A stretch of DNA of 64,000 bases, taken from Isurus oxyrinchus. Lineage: Eukaryota. Under the pieces are notes generated by a model that worked only from the letters and a program-made list of their open reading frames with translations, was not told where the DNA came from and searched no databases. This document shows positions 23,700 through 36,930 of the stretch, one piece after another. The stretch is taken from positions 152,892,001 through 152,956,000 of the forward strand of contig JANJGN010000001.1 in NCBI GenBank assembly GCA_026770705.1, written 5' to 3'. Made by a program: the position numbers and the translations under genes. Numbering within the stretch: position 1 is the stretch's first letter; every line of letters starts with the position of its first letter.

Positions 23700-25628
23700 G
23701 TGGATTTTTGATCTCAAGGCGGATGCACAGAGGCTGAAAATTTTCCAGTGCACTGAACCCGCCTCAGAAAAATCTGTCCCACATAGCGGGATCTTTGTTC
23801 CTGTTGGGGGGGGTGAGGGTGCATGCTATTGTGGGTTGGACACTGATTGGGAAGTGGCCACAGGGGCTGATCACTTTCAAGGCAGGCTGGTTAAAAGTCC
23901 CACCTCGGTTTCTGGGACTTCATTTCAATCGTGTTGTTAAACATTAGCCCTCATCCCTCACACTCCCTCAACTCCCCACCCACTCGCCATGCCCCATCCA
24001 TGCCAACCCATGGCCACCACCCACCCCACTGGCCCCATACCCTCCATATGACCCATGCCAAAGCATGCCCCTTTATAATCTTTCTACCAAATTAATGCCA
24101 ATTCATGAACCCCTCGATCATCCCCACGGTACCTTACAGCCCCTATGCCTGCTTATGCCAACCCATGCTCCCACTATCACCCTTTACCCTGACACCCTCC
24201 ATGCCAACTCGCCCAGTATCCATGATGGACAGACCTCAGGAGACATGCTGAGATAGAAGAAAATAAATTTCTAAGTATCTATTACAGCCTTCACTGTATT
24301 AAAAAAAAAATTCTCATTGATAATAGCCCATTCAAAACATTTAAATTCCCTCAAGTACTTAATCCTATATAGAAACAAACATTTGTATTCATAACCTCAC
24401 ATCAAAAGCAGCTAATCCGTTAATCCTCTTGGAGCTGTCAATCCAACTGTGAATTTACAGCCCCTGACTGTGATAATGACAGGTTGTGTAAGCACTCAAG
24501 CAGTAATAATACAATAATGATAGCACTTAAGGTTACGTCAACAAATAGCTTTTGATACTGCAAGCACATATTTTTTTTCAACTCACAGAAACAGGCAGAC
24601 CTTTTTTCAAAACTTAAATAACTTGATATCTTGAGAGTTCTATATACCTTAACTGCCCTTTACAAGCATTTACATCTACTCTAAAAAAAACCTAAGTCAC
24701 ACACTGCGGGATAAGGTCCTTACTGCAGTGAAAATAGGATCTGTTTAAACTCAGCAATGGGCTGAATTTTGCCGTTGGCAAGCAGGCAGTGGGGCCTGCT
24801 TACCACCGTGCAAAATGACATGGAGTGACGTCGGGGGGAGCCCCCGATGTCATCCCGCCCCATTTAAATCTTCAGGAAGGCGGGGGTGCAGCAAAATCAG
24901 CAGCGGGCCCGCCGACCTGTCAATGGCCAATTGAGGCCATTGACAGAATCATTAAAACAATTAAAGGACCTGCCCATCCAACCTTAAGGGCTTCTGATAA
25001 TACATGAAACCCCATCCACCGGCAGGATGGGTGTTCATGTAGGGATTTAAAAAGTTTAATAAAGTTTTAGTGTAAATTATGAACATGTCCCATCTCATGT
25101 GACATTGTCACATGAGGGGGACATGTTAAGGATTTTTTTTTCCTTCTATTTTCAATGTTTTTAAAACTGTCAGCGATCTCCCTGAGGCAGCACTTAGCCT
25201 CAGGGAGATGTGTGCTCTCTCATGAGCATGCGTGAAAGAGTGCACTCTCGCTTTTGGGGAATTCCACGCCCCGCACAGGCTTCTGGTGGTCGTCACACTG
25301 GGTAGGCCTTAATTGGCCCGCCCACGTAAAATGACGGCAGGGCCCGCTTCTCTGGTGGGCATCAGCTCCCCACACGCTGGAGATTGGGTCAAGCCTGCTG
25401 GAGATTGAGTCAGGCCCTCCCGCCCAGAAGGCAGAAAATTCTGCCCTATGAATTCAAATGGCCCTGCTGAGTTTGGCTTTCCCCCATGTGTGAGTCATGT
25501 CCAGTGTCCATTCCCCTACCGCTGAAAATAGGATCTGTCAAAAATGGGAGTGGGACTTTTGGATTCAGGTTCCCAGCATCATGTTGGATAAGCCATGGAG
25601 TCTCCACAATTCCACAAAAATCTAGGCC
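23700..25628. mobile_element. MITE family A copy containing a family B insertion
   Basis: tggatttttg...aaaaatctaggcc. Colinear with 38238-39341. Confidence 0.7.
24759..25446. mobile_element. MITE family B copy
   Basis: AAT|gggctgaatttt...aaaattctgccc|TAT. The empty site is visible in the paralogous family A copy near 39181-39205. Confidence 0.82.
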
Positions 25629-26368
25629 AGATTGTCTGAATTAAGGTTTGTATTTCCTAGTGATATCAATATGTTAACGGACACCTGCATTAGTCAGGTT
25701 AGGAGTATCATGTGTTGTCACGCCAATGCATGATATTCTGTGGGAGATATACCCATTGATTTTCAGTCACTTCACTGGCAGGAATGAGGCAGTAACAGTC
25801 TGAAAATCACTGTGCTGTAATTATTGCTTCAGTGCCACTCCATTCCCACCAGCCGCCATTCTCTTTGGGGTCTCTGTATGGATGGCCCACTTGATAGTTT
25901 GTTTCAACTGAGAACCTTATTCCAATATGCTAATTTAGCATCCTATGATGTGCATAGTTCCCCAATGCAATTTTAAGGTAGTAATGAGCAGACTGTGCAC
26001 TAAGTGCTCTCTGTCTATCAGTATTAGTTGTTGAGTGGTCTAACCAGTGGACCTGAAAGCAAGCATTCTAGGCTGCTTCAAAATCAGGTAAGATCTTTTA
26101 TAAAGTCGTTGTGATAAAAATCTATCATCCCATTATTGGCCCCTGTGCCAAGGAAAAACCTTTCAGTTTGAGTCCAAGGTGGAGCTACTGGAATTCCCAT
26201 TGTACTCACAACTATCTGGGTTTATGGAAAAGAGTCTCACTCTTAGGTTGCCTTGGGCCTCCTCCTAGAAACATCATAAGTGTGAGTGCTGATTCTGCTG
26301 TCCACCTAATGTCCACCCATTAATAAAATCTACCCATAACTTTGATTCCCCCTCTCTAATAAACTTCT

Positions 26369-27111
26369 TGGGCTGAATTTTACACTCCCCCACTGGTGAA
26401 TCTGTAGGTGGGGGTCAACGTAAAATTCCTCGGATGGGCTTCCCGCTGGGTTCCCGCCCACCCCGACCACTCTGCAATTTTACGCTGGGGTGGGAAAGGC
26501 CCAATTGAGGCCCTTAATTAGCCAGTTATTGACCACTTAAAGGTTGTTTCGCCCAGCCTCAATTTTTAGGCTGGTTGGAGGATTTCCTGGTTAGGGGGCG
26601 AGACTGAAAGGAATTGCGTTCAGGTCTCAGGCGTGAAGGGCAGGGTCATCTCCATCAGCAGTCCCTTTTAACATTGGGCAACCCCCCCCCCCAACACCGC
26701 TTAAAGTCCAGTAACCACAGGACCTTGACTCCCTCACCCCCAGCACCACCAGCCTCTAAGCTGACATCCCAATTCCCTACTGTCCACACAGCCCTAGGCC
26801 TCCCCTACCCTCCCTGCCCTCAGACCCCCAAAACTTACCTGATCCTGGAATCTCGGGTTTTAGGCTCCGGGGGCACTGCATGCATTACCAGTTCTGTCCA
26901 CTGCAGTTTCTGGCACTGCCAATCAGATTGTCCAGCAGCTCTGTGAAGGTGAACTTCTTTCCAAGTGAAGGGTGGAAGGCCCGCCTGCAGCCAATTAACA
27001 CTTGTTGGAGTGTGAAATTGCTGCAGGGCAGGCAGTGCTGGAGGGGATGTGTTCCCCACCGACTCTTCAGATGGCAAGACAGGAATCCCCTTAAACCTAA
27101 AAATCCTGGCT
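26369..27111. mobile_element. MITE
   Basis: gggctgaattttac...taaaaatcctggc termini. Confidence 0.6.
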
Positions 27112-28459
27112 CTTATATCAGCTGAACTATGCTACATAGCTGCTTTGCAGAGGCCAGGAAAGTGGATGAAATCGGAAAAGATTCAGATTAGGCCAAAGCA
27201 AAAGATAAAACACCCCTCTCTGATATCAACTGATTCTTTGGAATTTATTGTCATTTGCCTACTGCATTGTGGATTCCAATATTTTTCATATGTCTGGAAC
27301 TAGTGAAGAGTGAACGCTGACCTGACTGGATAGTATTTAAACTTGGACTAGGAACCCATTGTGATTCACCTCTCCAGTCCCAGGATTTGCATTATTTGTG
27401 GTGACTAACACTTAGCTATGTGTCATTCTGCCCTCCCACTTCCCGCCCCTCATCCCACGACTTCTAACCCCTAAGTCCTTGACCCTGGGGGAAGGCCAGT
27501 CGCAGGCCTGTTAAGTCCCTGAGTGACAGAAAGTGCAGCCGGCCTTTCTGGAAAGAGGCGACACGGGGCTCTCATCGGTTTTGCAGATGGCAGCCAAGAC
27601 CCCTGTCACCTCCGTAAGATTCCAGCCTACGTAACCGTGTAAAGATGCATTCAAAGAGCAAAACAAAAACAACACATCAGAATGACACTTCTCCCAGGTC
27701 TGCACATTGTTTAAAATGTCTAAAAATGTCATTTTAATGACATATAATTATAATGATATGTATAAATATACTTGATCCTCTATTTCAGTTTGTTTGTCAA
27801 AACTGAACTAAAAATAGACAGCATAAAATCCTTATTACTAGAAAGAACAAAAAAGCCAAAAGACCACAGTCTCTATGAAGCCTGTAATAACTCTCAGAAT
27901 AACTGTTGGAACATTTCCAGGTAAATCCCCATAAACTTTAGACATTATTATATTGTTACATTGGAAACATTCACCTATATTTTTATTAATAGACTGTCAT
28001 GTACAGGGTAACTACTGAGGACCAGGTGATTTTAGTATTCTAGTAATGGTTCTCCTGTTGCGTTGAAAATTGGAAGAATGTTTTATAAAGAACTGGATAT
28101 GGGTGGGGACAGTAACGGGAAGTGACTGAGTTAATTCATTAACTAACAAATCACTAACTATACTGTTATCCTGGTTTTGGAGTTGGCACACTCACTCTGA
28201 AGCCCGACTGCGTGCATTCAGAGCGCACTCATTTAATTAAATCAGTTGGTGTGGTCCTGCTATTGGATGTATTGAAGCAGATTTATTGAATGGAAAGCTG
28301 GATGGATGATGCTGAAACCTGAGTGCATGTGTGCAGAGCAGAAATTTATTTATTTAATGAATTACTGCCAGCCTTCCTCCTCCTCTATCCACATTGCAGT
28401 TATTGAGGCCATTTTTTAACTTAATTACTTGCTCCCAAAGAGCAGTAAAAATGTATTTT

Positions 28460-29475
28460 AACCACACACAAAGGAAGATGGTTGTGGTTGTTGGAGGTCA
28501 ATCATCTCAGCCCCAGGACATCAGTGCAGGAGTTCCTCAGGGTAGTGTCCTTTGCCCAACCATCTTCAGCTGCTTCATCAATGACCTTCCCTCCATCACA
28601 AAGTCAGGAATGGCATTGTTTGCTGATGATTATACAACATTCAGTATCATTTGCAATTCCTCAGAAATTGAAGTAGACTGTGTTCATATGCAGAAAGACC
28701 TGGACAACATTTAGGTTTGGGTTGATAAGTGGCAAGTAATATTTGTGCTATACAAATGCCAAACAATGACCATCTCCAAGAAAAGGGAATTTAACCATCT
28801 CCCCTTGATATCCAATAGCGTTACTATCGTTGAACATCCAACCATCAACCTAGGAGTTACCATTGACCAGAAACTGAGCTGAACCAGCCATATATATACT
28901 GTGGCTACAAGAGCATGTCAGGGTCTGGGAATTCTATGATAAGCAACTCATCAAAAGCCTGTGCACCATCTACAAAGCACGAGTCCGGAGTGTGATAGAA
29001 TACTCTCCACTTGCCTGGATGAGTGCAGCCCCAACAGCTCTCAAGATGCTTGACACCATCTAAAACAAAACAGCCTACTTCATCAGCACCCCACTCCACT
29101 TTGCTCACAATAGCAGCAATGTGTATCATCTACAAGCTACACAATGACAACTCACCAAGGCTCCTTCAACAGCTCCTTCCAAACCCACTCTACCGCCTAG
29201 AAGGACAAGGGCAGCAGACAAGTGGGAACACCTCCTCCTGCAAGTTCCCCTCCAAGCCACACACCATCCTGACCTGGAACTATATCACTATTGCTTCACT
29301 GCAGCTTGATCAACAGCCTGGAGCCTCCTTTTCCAGCAGCACTGAGGGTGTACCTGTACCACATTCGCAACAGTTCAAGAAGGCACAGAAGGCACTTGCC
29401 ACCACATTAATTCTCAAGGGTAACTAGGAATAGGCAATAAATGCTGGTCTTGCCAGCGACACTCACATCCCAAGA
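28460..29475 (+). mobile_element. CR1-clade LINE 3' part (same family as 2850-4003)
   Basis: VVVGGQSSQPQDISAGVPQGSVLCPTIFSCFINDL...FADD. 3' end ctcaaggg...aataaatgctgg...cacatccc. Confidence 0.85.
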
Positions 29476-30256
29476 ACAAATATCCTGTCATGCTCAGCTC
29501 AATATAAAGATGAATGAAAATCTTATTAAGGGCTGCTTTTATTAATATAGGCAGGGCTAGTAGGTCCAGGACAAAATACAAAGGAAGCCATGACAAAGAA
29601 ATGGAAATGGACAGGGGAGCAGCTGAGCCAGAAGATGACACGAAGCAAGCACAGGCTTGTGGGTCCGTCAAAGAAGCAACATTAGGGAGAGGGTCGGCAG
29701 ATTGCAGGGCAGGCTACAATGAGGCAAGAAAGCAGCTTTGGGTAAAGGAGGCAAAATTGGCAGGAATTCTGCTAGGTGCTGTCAGCCCACCTGTCTTACC
29801 TCCTTTCTCATGAGAGCATTGACAACAAGAGAGTGGCAGATCTGAGGAGCAACCACCACTATCCACCTTTAGAATTTCACAAACAACTTAAAGGAGTAGG
29901 GAGCCAAAAGAACAGCATTCTTCCATCTCTGCCCCACATTCTCCTCTGCTGGTCTGGACCATGGCAACCTTATACCAACAGCGGGCAGGAATGCCCTTTA
30001 AAATCTCACCAAGATACCTGGCACATAAAGGTTCTGGGGGAGACTGTTTGAGGCAGGTTTGCTCCTAATTATACAACTCTAGCTAAACTAATATCATTGA
30101 ATATCCATAAGTGAAGTCTATTTGTCTGATGATGGCCAATTGTGGTTGAGATTTCACCCATTCCAAGTGGATCAATACTTACAGAATATCACCCTCTAGG
30201 TTTTAATGAAAAGAATAACTGCTGTCATCCTGCACATAATTCCAGCTGAAGACTTA

Positions 30257-31564
30257 GGCTGGAATTTTCCAGCCCATTGGCGTCGGGTGTCATGGCGGGC
30301 AAGTGGAGGGACAAAATGGCGAGAAGGTCAAAAATTGGTTTCACACCATCGTGAAACCAGTTTGTGATCCTCCCCTCCACCCGTCAATGTCACTGCACAT
30401 TGGGAACCTAATTGCAAAACTTTAGCATCTCATTATAATCAGAATCAGCCCCCGCCAACTCCCCCCGCCCCACCCCACACCAATGCTGAATCACCAGGGC
30501 ACATCGGCGTGATTGCACATTGATGTGTTTCACAACTGTGCATAAGTGACGTGCACCTGGCGAGCTGCACTTCGCTCGGGATTTCGAGGTTTGTTTGTCT
30601 ACCTTGTTTCAGGCAGCACTTGCAGTCATCAGTGCCAGGCTTCCCAGGCAGCACCACATCACCTTTGGGGGCTCACGGGCAGTTATCTACTTACCAGACC
30701 AGCCATAAGGTGGGGGCGGCTTTTCAATGGCTGTAAGGATAGGGCTTGCTTGGGAAGAAGTGGCCTCAGGAAAGGGAAGAGGCTGCAGGACGAGAGCTGT
30801 ACTTGGGAAGGGGGGTATCCCAGGGTGTGTGAGGGGGCACATGTTGATTTGTGCAAGTGGCCTCAAGATGGCGAGGGCTGAGGAGTCATTTTTCCAGAGC
30901 AGATGAGGCCAGATGGAGATGTGAGGGTGTGGGTAAGATAGTGAGTGGTGATGTCGCTTGAGTTGGCAGTGAGTGAGATGCCAATGAATATGTGATGGCC
31001 TTGTGAGTGTGTGAGTAATTTAGAGTGATGAGATGGTTGCCTTACCCTGGCGACACAGATGAGATCATTCATCCATTTTCTGCACTGGATGGCCAACGTC
31101 TTGCATGCAGCATTGGCACTGATCATCACTGCCATCGCTTACCGAGCCGGAGTAGTGAGACTGATGGGCCTCCTTGCAGCCAGAGCAGGGCTAGAGAACA
31201 TCACGATGGCTTCCACAGCATCCAGAAGGCATCCCAGGGATTCATCACTGAACCGGGGTGCTGCACTCTTCTTGGCTTTTGTGGCCATGTCTGCACCGGT
31301 GCCCTCCTGGGCTGCAAGCACTGAGAAGTATACGTGCAGCTACAGTTTAAATATGGCGCCCTGCGTGAGGAAGCGGCAAGGTAATGGCGTGGTGGGCAAA
31401 TCGGAAGCTACCCGCGAGTGAGATGGCGTGTTTCCTGCAGCTGCATAATTAATGAGGCAGGAATGGGATAATACAGCACGAAAACCCGCCACTGCGGCCA
31501 ATGGGCAAAATAACTTTTTGCTGCCTGCTACTGCACTTAGAGCAAATTTGGGACAATCTAGCCC
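30257..31564 (-). mobile_element. Harbinger deletion derivative retaining Myb/SANT exon 1
   Basis: TIRs ggctggaattttcc...gggacaatctagccc. KAKKSAAPRFSDESLGCLLDAVEA...AIQCRKWMNDLICVAR|gtaagg. Confidence 0.75.
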
Positions 31565-32145
31565 ATAGTTTGACACAATTTCACCTTTCACCTGCATAAC
31601 CTTCCAGTACCATTGGACTTTCTTGTCATTGACTGATACAGCCAATAAAAATACTACCGTTGGCTGGAAAAGCTGATGAGCCAATGACTCTGTACATGTG
31701 GGTCGAATATATTTAATCATTCCCAGCCACTTCTGATTTTATCTTTCAAAAGCAGACAAAAGCCCCAAAAACTGACAGCACTCATCACCACTTTTAGTTA
31801 TAAGTCTTCAGTGAGCTGAAATTCAGGATTGTGTTATCATCATCCAAAGCGAAAGAGAAGGTGGGATTAGACTCTGGACTGAAGGTGGGGTAAAGGGGAA
31901 AATAAAGCTTTTGAAGAAGTTGTTTCAATTAATGCATGGCCCAATATTCAACTAATGGGACATAGGTGCATTTTAATGCAACCTCTCTGACTATCACAGA
32001 AATCCCTGACTCCTGCCTGCAAAGCTGCACTGAGATATCTCCCTATTATTACTCAGTATGTTATATCATAGGCATTTATTTAAGTATTTGGAAGAATTTC
32101 CCTCTGTCATTTGAAATGTTGACTTAGGCTCATTCTTTGTTCACA

Positions 32146-32565
32146 GGCAGAATTTTGCACTTGGCATGCGGGATCGCAGCTGTCTCAGGGAGATGAAGAG
32201 ATTTTTTTTTATAAATAATAAAGAGCAGAAAAACATAATAAAACATGTCTCCTCATGTGACTCTGTCACATGAACAGGGACATGTTTTCAATTAAAAATT
32301 AAAGTTTTTATTTCATTTGTATTTGCTTTTGGAAACCTCATCTCACCTGTGGATGAGGTTTCCAAAAAAAGCCTGCCCGCCAACCATTGGGTTGAATGGG
32401 CAGTAAAAAAGTAAGGTTAGTTGATAACTTAATGGCCTTAATAGGCCTTTTAATTGATGGCGGGCATGCTGCTGACTCCGGCGTGCTCGGCCAACGTCAT
32501 TGTGCGTTATTTCACGCTCAGTCAGGCCAGGCGTCCGTCCACCCACCGAGCTAAAACTTCTGGCC
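32146..32565. mobile_element. MITE family B, internally deleted, reversed
   Basis: ggcagaatttt...aaaacttctggcc with the family hairpins. Confidence 0.75.
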
Positions 32566-33289
32566 CATGTTTTTCACATTTATTTTGCTAAAGTAACTAA
32601 CCATTGATCTTGATTTGGAGACCGTGCCTGTTCTGTTTTACTCCCCTGGGGCTCAGCCACATCCCAACTTTGATCTTCATTGGGAGTTGCATGAATGAAT
32701 CCCCCTGTTGGTAGCAGCCGAGCTAGTTTGTTTCATTGAAACTTTGCTGGTAGTGATTGAAGTTCCATATGTTGATTGTGCCTCTTCCTGAAGCTGCACT
32801 GCATATGCTCAAGCATCTCTCGCAAGTCCCACTCCAGTTGCTCAGTGTAGCCCTTCATTAAGAGATGCCCGTGCTGCAGCTCTCGAATTTTTGCAGTTAA
32901 TTCCTGGGACTGTCTGCCGTTACTTCTATTTTTGCTGATGGCACTTAGCATTATTTTTCAGGCTCGATTGTTTTTCTCAAATATGAAAATGGTTCAAATC
33001 AGTCTCCTTTTGATATTTACAGTAAACCTCACAGTACTGAGTCAAACAAATCAGCTGGAAACTGCACCAAAACGATTCTGAAATACTGAAAATTGGATCG
33101 TTTTTGTCTGGATTACATTAACCAATAAAAGTCAAATAGACGGCATGCTAAAACAAAATTATAATATCTGGATAAAAATAGTCAGATGTCAGATGTATTT
33201 TTCTTTCGTAGCTGTTCTTGAGATGTGGGCAGCTTGGCAAAACTGAATTTATTGCCAAGAATTTATTGCAAAGAAGTTGAAGACAGTAT

Positions 33290-36200
33290 CAAACTTAAAG
33301 AAAAAGCATATAGCTACACAAAGATGGGTGGCAGGTCAGAAGATTGGTAAAAATAGAAAGAACAGCAAAGAATGACAAAAAGATTATTGAGGAAAAAATT
33401 GGAGTATGAGAGAAAGCTAGCTAGAAATATAAAGGTGGATGGTAAGAGTTTCTATAGATATTTAAATAAGAAAAGAGTTAACAAAGTGAACGTTGGTCCT
33501 ATAGAGAGGGAGCCTGGGGAATTGATAATGCAAAGTAGGGAGATGGCGGATGAATTAAACAGGTATTTTGCTTCGGTCTTCAATATATAGGACATGAGTA
33601 ACATCCCGGAAATAGCTGTAAATCAGGCAATGGAAGGGAGGGAGGAACTCGGGGAAATTACAATCACCAGGGAAGTGGTATTGAGCAAATTATTGGGGCT
33701 GTGGGCTGACAAATCCCCAGGTCCAGATGGATTTCACCCTAAGTTCTTGAAAGAAACGGCTAGTGAGATAGTTGATGCATTGGTTTTAGTTTTACAAAAT
33801 TCCCTCGATTCAGGGAAGGTTCAATTAGATTGGAAAATAGTGAATATAGCTCCTTTATTCAAAAAGAGAGGGAAACAGAAAGCAGGAAACTATAGGCCAG
33901 TTAGGGAAGATGCTATAGGCTATTATTAAAGATGTTATAGCAGAGCACTTAGAAAAATTCAAGGCAATCAAGCAGAGTCAACATGGGCCAGAAACTTTGG
34001 GTTGGCGTAAAATATTGCACGGTGATGTCAGGCGTGCATCCCGACGTCACCATGCGTCATTTCGATCTTTAGTTTGGCGGGCGCGCACTGAAATCAGCTG
34101 CGCGCCCGCTGAACTGTCAAAGGCCTATTAAAGCCATTTAAAAACTAATTAAAAGGATTAACAGAGCTGCTTGTCCCATCTTAAGGTTGGCGGGCAGGCG
34201 AAGAGCCCAGACGGCCTTTAAATTTATCATAAAACCTCATCTACGGGTGGGATGAGGTTTCATGAAGGATTTATAAATCAAGTAAATTTTTTTGTTAAAA
34301 ATCATTGACATGTCCAGCTTATGTCCCAGTGTCACATGAGGGGACATGTCTGAATTTTTTTTTCTTTATTTGAATTTTTAATAATGAAATTAAACTCCCT
34401 GAGGCAGTTCTGTGCCTCAGGGAGATTTCTGCACTCTTTCAAGTGCAGGCCCCAACTCTCCCTCCTCCCCCAACCTGCACAGGGAGTGCTCAGCGCTTCC
34501 AGGTGCACGTCACGCTGGGCAGGCCTTAATTGGCCCGCCCATGTAAAATGGCGGTGATCGGCTGCACGCCCACCTGCGCCCGCTCAGCACCCCCTCGACA
34601 GGGAGAAAATTCTCCACATGATTTTGTAAAACAGATCAGGTGGATGAAGTTTCCAAAAAAATCCACCTATGGATGAAGTTTCCAAAAAAATGCAAATTTT
34701 CGCCTGCCCGCCAACCGTTAGATTGGATGGGCAGCGAAAAATTCAAGTTAATTGGTTATTTAATGGCCTCAACAGGCCTTTTAATTGTCAGCAGGCACTG
34801 CCGGCTCCAGGACATGCCCGCTGACCGAACTATCACAAGACTGCACGTTGAAATCATTTCACACTCGAGCGGGTAGGGCGTGCGCCTGCCCGCCAAGCGA
34901 AAATTTCTGCCCCATGTTTAACCAGTTTATTGGAGTTCTTTAAAGGAGTCACATGTGCTGTGGATAAAGGGAAACCAGTGAATGTACTGTACTTAGATTT
35001 CCAGAAGGCATTTGAAAAAGTGCCACATAAAAGGGTATTGCAGAAAATAAAAGCTCATGGTCTAGGGGGTAACAAATTGGCATACTGGGATAGATAGGTT
35101 CTTGATTGGTAAGGGGATCAAAGGTTATGGGGAGAAGGTGGGAGAATGGGCTGGAGAAACTTATCAGCCATGATTGAATGGCGGAGCAGACTCGATGGGC
35201 TGAATGGCCTAATTTCTGCTCTTATGTCTTATGGTCTTATGGATAGAAGATTGGCTAGCTAACAGGAAGCAGAGATTTGGCATAAATGGGTCTTTTTCTG
35301 GTTGGCAGGATGTGACGAGTGGTGTGCCACAGGGATTAGTGCTGGGGCCTCAACTTTTTACAATTCATATAAATGACTTGGATGAAGGGATTGGAAGTAT
35401 GGTTGCTAAATTTGCTGACAACACAAAGATAAGTAGGAAAGTAACTTGTGAAGAGGACATAAGGAGGCTACAAAGAGATACAGGTAGGTTAAGTGAGTGG
35501 GCAAAGATCTGGCAAATGGAGTGTAATGTGGGAAAATGTGAAATTGTTCATTTTGACAGGAAGAATAAAAAAGAAGCTTATTATCTAAATGATGAGAGAT
35601 TGTGAAGCTCTGAGATTCAGAGGGATCTGGGTGTCCTAGTGCATGAATCACAAAAGGTTAGTGTGCAGGTACAGCAGATAATTAGGAAAGGTAATAGAAT
35701 GTTATCATTTATTGTGAGAGGAATTGATTACAAAAGTAGGAAGGTTATACTTCAGTTGTACAGGGCATTGATGAGACCACATCTGGAGTATTGTGTACAG
35801 TACTGGTCTCCTTATTTAAAGAAAGATGTAAATGCATTAGAAGCAGTTTCGAGAAGGTTTACTAGACTAATATCAGGAATGGGTGGGTTGTCTTATGAGG
35901 AAAGGCTAGACAGGTTAGGCTTCTATCCACTGGAATTTAGAAGAGCAAGAGGTGACTTAATTGAAAACTTTAACATCCTGAAGGGTCTTCACAGGGTGGA
36001 TGTGGAGAGGATGTTCCCTCTTGTGGGAGAATCTAGAACTAAGGGTCACTGTTTAAAAATTGGGGGTCGCTCATTTAAGACAGATATGAGGAGAATTTTT
36101 TTTCTCTCAGAGGGTCGTGAGTCTTTGGAACTCTCTTTCTCAAAAGGCAGTGGAAGCAGAGTCTTTGAATATTTTTAAGGAATACCTAGATTGGTTCTTG

Positions 36201-36342
36201 GTAGTCAAGGGGGTGAAAGGTTATCGGCGGCAGACAGCAATGTGGGGTTGAGGTTACATACAGATCAATCATGATCTTATTGAACAGCGGAGCAGGCTCA
36301 AGGGTCCGAGTGGCCTGCTCCTAATTCCTTTGTTTGTATGTT
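33290..36342 (+). mobile_element. CR1 LINE ORF2 remnant with nested insertions
   Basis: KSPGPDGFHP, GNYRPV, YLDFQKAF.KVPH, GVPQGLVLGPQLF, KFADNTK, RPHLEYCVQYWSP, then a 3' UTR. Interrupted by MITEs (33985-34616, 34635-34912) and a CR1 tail (35085-35240). Confidence 0.92.
33985..34616. mobile_element. MITE family B copy
   Basis: CAT|gggccagaaac...aaaattctcca|CAT inserted into CR1 gagtcaacatg. Confidence 0.82.
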
Positions 36343-36383
36343 GCCCTGGGAATGTACTGATGGGTCTTCTCCTTATACTGCCA

Positions 36384-36745
36384 GGGGGAGATGGTGGTGT
36401 AGTGGTAATGTTGCTGGGCTAGTAATCTAGAGGCCAAGGCTAAGCTTTGGAGGTATGGGTTCAAATCCCATCACTACTACTGAAATTTAAATTCAGTTAA
36501 TAAACCTAGAATTGTAAACTTGCTTCAGTCATTATGAACAATTGTTACACAAATCCATCTGGTTCATTAATGCTGCTATCCTTGCCTGATTGGACTATGT
36601 GTGACTCCAGACCCACTGCAATGAGGTTGACTCTTAACTGCTCTCTGAATTTGCCTTGCAAGCCACTCAGTTCAAGGGCAACTAGGGACAGGCAAGAAAT
36701 GCTGGCCTTGTCAGTGACACCTACATGCCATGAAAGAATGAATTT
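36384..36745 (+). mobile_element. Full-length tRNA-derived SINE
   Basis: A box TGGTGTAGTGG, B box GGTTCAAATCC, shared core, LINE-like tail caagggcaactaggga...atgctggcc. Confidence 0.85.
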
Positions 36746-36847
36746 TAAAAACTGCTGCAGCCCTTGTGCTGACGGTACTCCCACATGGTGTGAAAAATCC
36801 AGAGTGTTGACTAAATGATATATTTTCATTCAAAAACAACATAGTGG

Positions 36848-36930
36848 AGATGCTGGAAATCTGAAATAAAAACAGAAAATGCTGGAAATACTCAGCAAAT
36901 CAGGCAGCATCTGTGGAGAGAGAAACAGAG
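36848..36930 (-). mobile_element. Short Penelope-derived tail, with an inverted partner at ~37118-37182
   Basis: gatgctggaaatctgaaataaaaacagaaaatgctggaaatactcagc...ggcagcatctgtggagagagaaacagag. Confidence 0.7.
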
